Source of the DNA: the human T2T-CHM13v2.0 reference genome, Homo sapiens
NCBI RefSeq assembly: GCF_009914755.1
Contig: NC_060939.1
Strand: one strand, 5' to 3'
DNA length: 64,000 nt
The notes under the pieces were generated by a model, which saw only the letters and a program-made list of their open reading frames with translations, was not told the DNA's origin and ran no database searches. The first letter of the stretch is position 1. The number at the start of each line of letters is the position of its first letter. This document shows, one piece after another, positions 46,641-64,000 of the stretch. Both the position numbers and the translations under genes were made by a program.

Positions 46641-48279
46641 TTATTTTTTTAACTTCAAAAAATTTATATTTATATATGAAACTGTACATAAATGTCTGTA
46701 TATATGCATGCCTACATGTGTTAATTTATGTATTTTTTATGTATTTAGATCTTAGGTACCGAGGGTTGAATTAAATGGCATTCTTCAGTAACTGGCATGT
46801 TATCACTGTTGGTCCCATGAAGACCCCCCATTCTATCTATGTACCTATCTATTCATCCATTCATTCCATTTTATCACCATACTGTTTCCATTCCCCTACT
46901 CCCATTGGCAATTTAATGTATTTAATAGATATCTTTTTATTTGAATGTATTATGCAAAATATGTATGATTTTATGTGCTTGCTATGGGGTACACCTGATC
47001 CATTATATCCAACCTATTCTTTTTTTTTTTTTTTATTTGAGACAGAGTCTCGCTCTGTTGCCCAGGCTGGAGTGCAGTGATGTGATCTCGGCTCACCACA
47101 ACCTCCTCCTGGGTTCAAGCAATTCTCCTGCCTCAGCCTCTCGAGTAGCTGAGATTACAGGCATTTGCCACCATGCTTGGCTAATTTTGGTACTTTTAGT
47201 AGAGACAGGGTTTTACCATGATGACCAGGCTGGTCTCAAACTCCTGACCTCAGGTGATCCATCCATCCCGGCCTCCCAAAGTGCTGGGATTATAGGCATG
47301 AGCCAGTGCACCTGGCCCAACCTATTCTCTCTCTCAGTGGTGGCACCCATGTTGCTTCCTATTCCCCAGCACCATATACATTTCTTCAGTGAACACCCTC
47401 TTCTTACATGCTCCCTGAGAAACCAACTACTCCATGTAAACTGATTTCTCACTGGGCTTTTAAAATATTGTTTAAAAATCTATTCTTTGCCTCTAAGTTA
47501 AAATATACTGGTCTATATTTTTAATCTGTGAACTTTATAGTTTTACCATTCACATTTAGGTCTTTAAATGGTCTAGGTTCCATATGTGATGTTAGATGTG
47601 GATTCTGTTTTATTTTCTTCCATATGGTGAACCAGTTTTCCAACATCTCCTACACAATCTGTTTCTTTCATAATGACTTGTGGTTCCACTTTTATTGCAC
47701 AATAAATTTCAATCTGGAAATGGGTTGCCGCGGAGCTCTTCTCTTAATCCATGAATTTATTCCCAGTGAGAACTTTGCACTTTCAGAGAAACAAACACTT
47801 GTGTAGATTTATCAGAGAACTCCACACACCCATCCCTTTCTGGTATCCAATTACCTGGCAAGTCAAATGAAGAATCAGAAATTTTCTTGGTGAGTATGGA
47901 GTTAAGATAAAAGATATCTTTTTAAGGGATATTTTTATGTGCACATCTAATCCAGAAAAATAATCCCTGCCTTATAACAGAATAGCTCTCTGCTGAGCAG
48001 AACATTTGTAATTAGACAATGCTTATTTGGCTCTTCATCTCTAGGTACTAAACAAATTCTTCCCCTTTTTTATAGCACACTCATTCTTCAGGCTGGCATG
48101 GTACGAGTCATCAGAGTTAAATGTGTATAGAACAATCACATTCCAGGCTTGCCTTCTGAGATTTTTCCACCTCCCATCAGTGATAGGCAATTCAACAGAC
48201 GAGAGGTGTTATAGCTTTGAACAGAGGTTCATTTGAATCCCGGCTATATTACTCCTTAGCTATGACAGACACTGTTTAA

Positions 48280-48621
<342 letters not shown>

Positions 48622-48714
48622 TGAGCCACCTCACCTGGCAACTCACAGATCTTTCTTACTAGATTTTTTCCATTTGGCTATGTGTGCAGTCTCAGGGAAT
48701 AAATCATATTTATA

Positions 48715-50510
<1,796 letters not shown>

Positions 50511-50570
50511 TCTGACATTCGCCAAGTTACCCAAGACATACAAGCCTCATTTCCTTATCTGTAGTGCTAA

Positions 50571-51568
<998 letters not shown>

Positions 51569-51733
51569 ATCATCATAGTATTGGCCTTCTAAAAATGCTG
51601 CAGTGATTAAATAAATAAATAAAAAGTGCAGCATAATGCTTGGTGCATATTAAACACTCAGTGTTAGCTGAGTGCAGTGCATGCCTGTAATCTTGAGGCG
51701 GGTGGATCACTTGAGGTCAGGAGTTCGAGACTA

Positions 51734-51998
<265 letters not shown>

Positions 51999-54089
51999 TT
52001 AGTGTAGGTGGTGACGTTCGTGTGCAAATAGATTTGCCCTTCCAGCATGGAAACTGGGTGTTTCCAGGACATCTGTGGGGTGAGGGCTTTTATTATCATT
52101 GTTGCTGCCTGGAGTGTAGGACAGACTACTTAAAGCAGCTGCTTTCCTGTGAATTGCTAATTGACAACTTGTATCTACAAGCAGCAGGTTTGATTTTATT
52201 TTCTTACTTTCATAAGCTCAATAATAGAAGTCATTGTTGAGAAACAACTAGGCCTATTTAGCTAGGTAGTAAAGTTACAAGCCAACTAATGAAAGGAAGA
52301 CATACTTGGAAGAACTGTAGGACAAAAGTAAGATTAAGGAAGGAAAACACTTTAAAGCTTGCTTACACAATGACTTTACAATAGGGCAACTGGCTGGAAC
52401 CTTTGTAAAACGATGTCGAGTCATCAAAACTTTAAGTTTAGGTGTGGGTAGGCTGGATTTAACACAATAAAATAATATGCGCATGTCAAACATGTACCAA
52501 ATGCAGTATATCCATATCTCATAAAGATATAAGGCCCTAAAACAATTAACTTATTTATGATGCTCTACGATTCAAACACATTTATCATAATTAAAACAAA
52601 TTCATTAAAATACGAAATGCCAATGGGAAGACAAAATACCTCTATAACCTCTGAAGTGTACTATCTCAGAACTCATCTGTAGGGCACCGCAGAGGTCACT
52701 CTAGGCTGGAGAGGAAGGTCAGGAGGATACCTTGCTCCAGACCCACCCACACCAGGTAGTAAAAGATAGGCGTGGGCCCAGCTGAAAGTAAATGCTCTGG
52801 CAATTCAGCACAGCAAAGGGGCCTCAGTAGACTTCAAGGGAAATGGGCATAGTTGAAACAAATGATTGGTCTGCCAACTAGGGCACCAGGGCACAGTAAG
52901 ATTCCCCAGCAAGAGTGGGAGGCAGGGTATGAAGAGGACAGACAAAACTCAGGACTCCAAATGTACAGAAAGCTGGCTTTAGGATGTTTACCATGGTTCA
53001 TTAGTATAGAATGTGCTTCTGGAATAGGACTCAGCAAAAGGAAAGCAAAGCAAGGTCTTACTCCTAGGAGCTCCTGGTGTATGAAGCTAAAATCCCCCAA
53101 ATCAAGACTAAGTTGTGCAAGCAAAAATGGAACTCAGGCTCAGGAAGCAGTGCCCGTTACCAGAACAGGCTACCTCATGAGCATAAAAAGCTGCAACTCC
53201 TGGACAGGCACAGTGGCTCATGCCTGTAATCCCAGCACTTTGGGAGGCCGAGGCAGGCAGATCTCTTGACATCAGGAGTTCAAGGCCAGCCTGGCCAACA
53301 TGGTGAAACCCCGTGTCTATCAAAAAAACAAAAATTAGCTGGGTATGGTGGTGCGTGCCTGTAATCCTAGCTACTGGGGAGCCTGAGGCAGAAGAATCAC
53401 TTGAACCCTGGAGGCAGAGGGTCGCAGTGAGCCGAGATAGCGCCACTGCACTCCAGCCTGGGCGACAGAGCGAGACTCTGAGACTCCGTCTGAGAAAAAA
53501 AAAAAAGCTACAACTCAGCTCTTCCATGAAAGGCACTGACCAAATTTCAGGTTAGATAAAGCAGGGAGGAAGCGTTAGACAACACAGGAGTCAAGTGGTC
53601 AACGCTAATGAAAGGACCTGCTCCTTCCTTCCAAACCCTTATACATTGCGGGTGATGACTGGCGTATACCAAGCTGTTTAAGTGCTTTTTATTCCAGCCC
53701 TGGATGGATCAAGGAATGGGGGAATATAATGCTCTGAATGTAACTGGGGCTTTTTTGTTTTGTTTTTGTTTTTTTTTTAGCTGGAGCCTGGCTCTTTCAC
53801 CCAGGCTGGAGTGAAGTAGTGCAATCTCTCAGCTCACTGCAACTTTCGCCTCCGGGGTTCAAGCGATTCTCCTGCCTCAGCCTCCTGAGTAGCTGGGATT
53901 ACAGGTGTGTGCCACCATGCCCAGCTAATTTTTTGGTATTTTTAGTAAAGACAGGGTTTTACCATGTTGGCCAGGCTGGTCTTGAACACCTGACCTCATG
54001 TGATCCATCTGCCTCGGCCTCTCAAAGTGCTGGGACTACAGATATGGGCCACAGTGCCCAGTCAAATGTAATTGTTAATTTCATTTGTT

Positions 54090-54500
54090 CATACAAAATC
54101 TCAATGGTTAAACAATAACTATTTTCTATTCGTGTCATGGTCCAATATATAAATAAACTGGTTGGGGGTGAAGTGGATGGAGGCTTACTCCACACAGTCA
54201 TTCATGGACCCAAAAGCCAAGTATCTTTTATCTGGTAGCTGCAGTGTCTTCTTGGGCCTTGGAATCCTCCGCTCGTTTTTCTGCATCTGGTTGAAGAAAT
54301 GAAGAGTGAGGGAGAATCTCAAGTTCAGTGTTTTATGGGATAGGCCCAGAGACAGATACATCATTTTGCTTACTTTCCATTGGTGAGACTTAGTCACAAG
54401 GCCCATACTAGTTGCAAGACAACTGGTAAATATTTTGCAAAAGTATGTTAAGGAAGAGAACACAAATTTAGATAGAAGAGATAGCCATTCTTCCATGACA
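54090..54500 (-). mobile_element. Old MLT1 (K/L-like) LTR fragment
   Basis: ctccacacagtcattcatggaccc and ttccattggtgagacttagtcacaaggcccatactagttgcaag motifs. Confidence 0.5.
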
Positions 54501-54576
54501 GGAAAAGAAAGGAGAGATAGCAACAGTAGGAATGAAACGGGTGGATAGCACTATGTTAAAATGGTTTCCCTTTTAA

Positions 54577-54730
<154 letters not shown>

Positions 54731-54934
54731 TAGCTGGGTTTATAGGCACGTGCCACCATGCCCGGCTAATTTTTGTAGTCTTAGTAGAGACGGGGTTTCA
54801 CCATGTTGGCCAGGTGGTCTCGAACTCCTGACCTCAAGTGATCTGCCTGCTTCAGCCTCCCAAAGTGCTGGGATTACAGGCGTGAGCCACTGTGCCCGGC
54901 CTACTTTTTATTTTTAAAATGTATATTTTTTTAA

Positions 54935-55093
<159 letters not shown>

Positions 55094-55250
55094 TAATAAT
55101 TCATTGATTTATTCACTACTTTATTCAGTCAATAAAAAGTTCATTGAGGACTGACTGTACTGGGCCCATAAAGATGAACCTGTTTAACAAATTATAATAT
55201 TGTGATTTACAATAAAATATGTACATTTGGTTCTCTGTATCTGTTCTGCA

Positions 55251-55675
55251 TGTCAATGAAGAAAAAGAGGCATAAGACCAGACTGCAAAGCAGTAAGACA
55301 AGGCCTTTACTGGGGTCTTAGGAGTTGTAATTCAGGAGACATACATTTGGCTGGAAGCCAAATTGTGCTCCAATAAGAGGGAGGAGAGAGGAGATTTATA
55401 AGGAAGTTAAGGGTGATTATGGAAGTTGTTTTGAAAGAATTATCATTGGTGAAGGCAGCTGGCTTAGTACGTGAGTCTATAATTCATTGGTTGTTGCTGA
55501 TCAGGAGTTGCAGTAGTGGTGAAATTCAGCTGTTTTCCAGGATGTTGTGGTGATTGCAGTTTGGCCCAGTTCAAAGGTAAAGGCAAGTTCCTGGGTTTTC
55601 AAAAATCCAGGTTGTAGGTCCTTTGTAGAATGGCCTCCTGACTCCATCTTAGAGCTCTGAGCCAGAGGTACCATA
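55251..55675 (-). mobile_element. ERV1-type LTR fragment (MER4-group, family uncertain)
   Basis: LTR-like motifs (aagatggagtcaggagg on the minus strand, CCAAT boxes, TATA-like ttataaat). Confidence 0.45.
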
Positions 55676-55689
55676 TTGTATGCCATATT

Positions 55690-56001
55690 TCATAGTGGAT
55701 TGAACTAACCACACATTGAAAATATTTGGGAAAAAAAGGATAGTTACATCTGTATTGAACATGTATAGACATTTTCCTTGTCATTATTCCCTAAACAATA
55801 CAATATAACAACAATTTACAAATCATTTAATTGTATTAGGTATTATAAGTAATCTGGAGATGATTTAAAGTATACAAGAGGATATGCCTAGGTTATATGC
55901 AAATACTATGTCATTTTATAAAAGGGACTTGAGCATCCAGGGATTTTGGTATCTGAGGGAGGGCCTGGAACCAATCCCCCAAAGATAGCAATGAACGACT
56001 G
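55690..56001 (-). mobile_element. MER2 (TcMar-Tigger) DNA transposon
   Basis: Reverse complement CAGTCG..GGGGGATTGGTTCCAGG..GATGCTCAAGTCCCTT..TTTGCATATAACCTA matches the MER2 consensus; TA flank at 56002. Confidence 0.85.
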
Positions 56002-56002
56002 T

Positions 56003-57568
<1,566 letters not shown>

Positions 57569-58218
57569 TGATAAATCAGTTTTAAAATGAAAAGAAAAAT
57601 CATTTTTAAATTTTCATGTTTATAAATCTCTTAATAGGCTATCTTTTTCATGTAACCAGTTGGAAAAAATACAAGCAGTAACAGGATTATAATTCCTTAA
57701 TAATATGGCAACGTAGTATATTTTGATGAAACATTCCATATTCCAAGACTATGTGTATAACTTTTAGTGTCAGAAGGGTGAAGAGATTAGGAAGAGGATA
57801 GAAGGATTAATAAATGGATTATTTGCCATTAAAATCTTCTCTTACTCATCTTGTGATTAAGTCTTCAGGAGTTTTTAGTGTGGTCTTCATTACAAACTTG
57901 TATAAAAGTTTGCTTTTTAATTTTATTTTAACAATTACGAGACAACAAAACAGTTCTTTGCTGCTTACCATTGATCAGTCACTGTGCTTAGAGCTCTATA
58001 TTCTCATTTAATCCATATAAAAAATCCTTTAGGTGCCATTATATTCCTGTTTTACAGGTAAGGAAAATGAATCTTTGAAAGTTAAGCCACATATGGTCGC
58101 TTATGCCTGTAATCACAGCACTTTGGGAGGCCAAGGCAGGTGGATCATGAGGTCAGGAGTTCAAGACCAGCCTGGCCAACATGGCGAAACCCCATCTCTA
58201 CTAAAAATACAACAATTA

Positions 58219-58386
<168 letters not shown>

Positions 58387-58596
58387 TCATCTGGCCAAGA
58401 CATTGAGTTGGGATTTGAACCCAGGCTGATGGATTTCAGAGTTCATAGCTTTTTCCAGGTTTACTTATAGAAAAGATGAGTGCAAACAATAAGATAATTG
58501 ATAAGACTTTGAATGAAAAGAATTTTTTGGCCGGGTGTGGTGCCTCATGCCTGTAATCCCAGCACTTTAGGAGGCTGAGATGGGTGGATCACCTGA

Positions 58597-59149
<553 letters not shown>

Positions 59150-59718
59150 TAACATGAAATCAGCTGTGACAGGCCTTTCTGCCTCCTGTCTTCAACTTTC
59201 CAAGTGTCAGAAAGGTGGCTTAACCTGTACTTCCAGTTTATACTGCCACCAAGTAGAGAAAAAAAAAAAAATGTACCAAGAATACACTGTGCCAATTGCT
59301 TAAAGATGAAACAATTTTATTTTCTTTTTAATAACATAATTATCCCATTAGGCCAAATATTTACAATGTGAAGTTCAATTCAGTAGTGGTGAATAGGATT
59401 TTTTTACTTGAAAGATTGAGTTGTATAATTCCAAATGACCCAGCCACACAACTAATGAATTCATGGTGAACATTCAGACTAAACATGATCAAATGTAACC
59501 TTTGGTTAGAAATACATATTTCCAATATGATATCCAGCGAGTTTCTGAATATTTGAATTGTTTTGTTCATTTGCAACGAAAATAGATTTATAGTTTGTGT
59601 CTGTGTGTGTGTTTTTTTACTCTGGTTATTTCTCATTGAAACCTAAAAATCCACAGGGGCAGGAAAGGATAGATTGACAGGGTACCCAGAAAACAAGGAC
59701 TGTTTGCAGGTTGACTCT

Positions 59719-60789
59719 AACCCAGAGGCATTGACAACAGAGTGTGGAGAAAGTTCAAATGCCAGATCTTGATTCCCAACATTGATTATGGGAACAAGAA
59801 GAAGACAAAGCACATGCTGCTCGGTGGCTTCTGGGTTTCTGGTCTACAGTGTCAAGGAGCTGTAAGTGCTGCTGCAGTGCAATAAATCTTACTGTGTTGG
59901 GATCGCTCACAATGTCTAAGAACTGAAAAGTCATAGAGGAAAGAGAAGCCCGGCTGGCCATGAGTCACCAATCCCAAGGCCAAGTTGCACAGCAAAGAAA
60001 ATTAATAGACAGCTGTCAAAAGCTGTTAAGACAGCAGGCCTCAAATAGAGTCATTCATGCTGAAGTTCAGCAAACTGAAACCTAAGTTGTATACCTGTAA
60101 GATATGATCTTCTGAGAAATCAGAAGACAAATTATAGCCAAATCCCATTAAGCCAACAAGATTTTGCCTATGTCCCTATAAGGAAGATAACCTCGAAATG
60201 ACAAATCTGCTATTTGTTTCTTGTTTCTGTTTTTCTCCACTTTTTTTTGTCTGTTAAACTCACCCACTCTCTTTAGCTCATCAGAGCTCCTTTCTATTTT
60301 GTAGACTGGATGCTGCCTGGTTTATGAATTGCCAATAAAAGCCAATCAGATCTTTGAAACTTGGCCAGGGATGGTGGCGCAAACCTGTAATCCCTGCACT
60401 TTGGGAGGCCAAGTTGAGCAGATCACCTGAGGTTAGGAGTTTGAGACCAGCTTGACCAACATGGTGAAACCCCAACTCTACTAAAAATACAAAAATCAGC
60501 CAGGCAAGGTAGCAGGTGCCTGTGATCCCAGCTACTCCAGAGGCTGAGGCAGGAGAATGGCTTGAACCTGGGAGGCAGAGGTTGCAGTGAGCAAAGATCA
60601 CCACTACACTCCAGCCTGGGCGACAGAGTGAGAATCTGTCTCAAAAAACAAAAAATGAAAAACAAAAGCAAAACAAAACAAAAAAGATCTTTGAAACTCA
60701 ATTTGTTGAAATTTTGTTCTTTCTCACACCTCATGTGTAAGTTTTAGTTGTGTTAAATAAAACCATAAAAACTCTGGGGAAAAAAAAAA
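59719..60789 (+). pseudogene. RPL32 processed pseudogene, 5'-truncated, with 3'UTR interrupted by an LTR (possibly RPL32P30, name unverified)
   Basis: 59721-60008 reads [54 protein letters not shown].., versus RPL32 [55 protein letters not shown]. Premature TAA at 59863, small indels, intronless. A 3'UTR-like tcatgtg..AATAAA (60756) and poly(A) (60780-60789) resume after the LTR. Confidence 0.92.
60014..60726 (+). mobile_element. ERV1-class solo LTR (LTR47/MER72-like; family uncertain), interrupted by Alu 60363-60684
   Basis: TG...CA ends; AATAAAAGCCAATCAGATCTTTGAAAC-type U5 end; flanked by CAGC/CACC (degenerate 4-bp TSD); internal Alu has TSD AGATCTTTGAAACT. Confidence 0.7.
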
Positions 60790-61048
60790 GATTCAGATTC
60801 CCGAAGCTCAGAGTTCCTTGTACAGGTGTTAACTGGCCCTATTTACATTATCTTGTGGGGAGTGGGACTCGGGGAGCTGGCTCAAAAAATTCAGACACTG
60901 TAGATACTGCTATTGCTGTGGGTAATAAACTATTTTTATCTTTGATCCAGGAGTCTCATGTCTTCTATCAACATCCATGAAACTATGACAGGCTAACATG
61001 TTAACTTGTAAGTAGGGTACAATCTCAGATCCCTTACAGTTCTTGACA
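60790..61048 (+). mobile_element. 3' fragment of a MER68/MER77-type LTR
   Basis: Ends ...gtagggtacaatctcagatcccttacagttcttgaca, resembling the recalled consensus end; contains AATAAA. Confidence 0.6.
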
Positions 61049-61347
61049 TAAGCTGTCTCTGGAGGGAGAGACTACTTATTTCACTGAATAATATTACACG
61101 CCAGGCAGGATGATGAGTACTGAGAATACAGCTTACTTAGCTTGGTACTACTAGTAGAATTGCACTGTAGTGAAACTACTAAGCTAGTTAAACTCAGAAG
61201 GTGGTCAAACTCAGACTAATAAAATCCTAGCTGCAATTGTGATCACAGTTCAACAACAGGATGGAGATCATATGGTTTTTAGTCTTCAGAGAATGAATGC
61301 ATTCTCTGCAGATGGCAGGGAGCTGAGAAACACAAAGAGGTTCATAG

Positions 61348-61488
<141 letters not shown>

Positions 61489-61499
61489 TGAGTAGCTGA

Positions 61500-61676
<177 letters not shown>

Positions 61677-62423
61677 TAAAACAGTACTCCTCAGCCTTTA
61701 GAATGTCAAGAAAGAAGATGCCTTTTAGATGGACTCACTCTTTCTATAACTTTCCTCTGAATAAACTGTCCTAAAGAGTGACAGTAGGAGTATCACTTTC
61801 TGGCCCACAGATCAAAGGGCATGTCTACTGTGCAGACACCTGGCGATGAGCTATTTGTAAGTGGGATTTCTAATTTAGGTTTGCATCTAGGATGGGAGAG
61901 AGGCAGGTACTACATTAAATGTGGGCACAACCAGTAAACAGAACTGCACCATGAAGGATTGGAAAGTCATAAATAGAGAAAGTCTAGAGCCCCAAAGCTG
62001 TGGGTGAAACAGAAGTGGTTTCAGATACAGGACCCAAGAAACTGAGTTTTTAATAGATAGGGGCTCCATCAGAAAGTAGGATGTCATTTCCTTATGATGA
62101 TAGTAAGCAAGAGAACCTGGCAGGCAAGACCTAGCCAGTAGTCTGGGCCTAGCAGACAGTCCACAGGTGCTAAAATAATTTAGTAAATAAACAGAGTATT
62201 CTAGATTCATCTGACAAGTTAGATACAAATAAGTATCATATAGTGTTCAGCACAAAGAAAACGTGCCTGGCAGTGGTGAGCACCTGTAGCCCCAGCTACT
62301 TAGGAGGCTGAGGTGGGAGGATCACTTGAACCCAGGAGTTTGGGTCCAGCCTGGGCAACATAGTGAGACCCTGTCTCTAAAATAAAATAAAATAATAAAA
62401 TAAAATAAAGTACCTGACACTGA

Positions 62424-62828
<405 letters not shown>

Positions 62829-63784
62829 TCATTAATCCAATAAAAGTATATTGGGGCCAGGCACGGTAGCTCGTACCTGTAATCCCAGCACTTTGGGAGG
62901 CCGAGGCAGGCAGATCACTTGAGGTCAGGAGTTCGAGACCAGCCTGGCCAACATGGTGAAACTCCGTTTCTACTAAAAATAAAAAAATTAGTTGAGTGTG
63001 GTGGCGCATACCTATAATCCCAGCTACTTGGGAGGTTGAGGCAGGAGAATTGCTTCAACCCCAGGAGGTGGAAGTTGCAGTGAGCCAAAATCATGCCACT
63101 GCACTCTAGCCTGGGCAACAGAGCGAGACTCTGCTTCAAAAAAAAAAAAAAAAAAAAGTATATTGGGGCCAGACGTGGTAGCTCATGCCTGTAATCCCAG
63201 AACTTTAGGAGGCTGAGGCAGGAGGATCGCTTGAGGCCAGGAGTTCAACACCAAACTGGGCAACATGCTGAGACCCTGTCTCTAAAAAAACGGAAAGAAA
63301 GAAAGAAAAAAAGTATATTGGTACTGTTCTAAGTGCTATGGAGGGAGAAAGCAGTGAACAGGACAGACAAAAGTCTTTGCCCATTTTTATTCTAAATGAA
63401 GTTAAATCTGGCTCTGTACCACATTGGTCAAGGGAGATGGGAAATCTGGGTTTTGTCATGTTTACTTTGAGGAGGGGGGCATTTCCTAGGGTATCTTCAC
63501 CTTCCCAGGGTCCTACACATTCCAGAATATTCAGAGGTGAGCCCTCTGGTCTTCAGACCACACTGGCTACCACTGCTGGGTGTTGATCCTAGTCCTGTGG
63601 TTTCTTGGCTGGCCCACTTCTAATATTTTCAGGGTCTAGGATGAGAATACAAATGGAAGTTTATATTAAATATTTGAAAGTTATAAATCAGGCCAGGTGC
63701 GGTGGCTCACACCTGTAATCCCAGCACTTTGGGAGGCCGAGGAGGGCGGATCACGAGGTCAGGAGATCGAGACCATCCTGGCTA

Positions 63785-63998
<214 letters not shown>

Positions 63999-64000
63999 AA

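Noticed and set aside
52834-53269. Overlapping 96- and 138-aa ORFs
   Set aside because: TTG starts, one runs into an Alu, no recognisable domain.
59755-59961. Minus-strand 68-aa ORF MASRASLSSMTFQ...
   Set aside because: Antisense shadow of the RPL32 pseudogene.
62265-62408. Possible 7SL RNA pseudogene
   Set aside because: Lacks the 7SL S-domain; it is a FLAM-A-like Alu monomer.

Overview
Primate genomic DNA, almost certainly human (SPPL2A locus, 15q21.2 by recall), and very Alu-rich (roughly half the window). The left 26.8 kb holds the 5' half of SPPL2A (signal peptide peptidase-like 2A) on the minus strand: a CpG-island promoter (~26.3-27.0 kb) and coding exons 1-6. All splice sites are GT-AG, and the exons join into 733 coding nt encoding the signal peptide, luminal PA domain and first transmembrane helices; the gene continues beyond the left edge. 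The right ~37 kb has no intact protein-coding gene that I can support. It contains a decayed RPL32 processed pseudogene (~59.7-60.8 kb) split by an LTR that is itself split by an Alu, plus LTR8, MER21, MER4 and MLT1 LTRs, DNA-transposon relics (MER2, MER3, MER5, MER94; MADE2 in intron 1), L1/L2/MIR fragments and microsatellites. Most ORFs in the supplied track are Alu-derived artefacts. I found no evidence of a new biological system. The most testable leads are a stop-free in-frame 5'UTR with a strong-context ACG, inverted Alus bracketing exons 2-5 (circRNA architecture), repeated Alu insertion at one motif inside MER5 copies, and several chimeric or nested retroposon structures. Repeat-family names come from recalled consensus sequences, not a database run.
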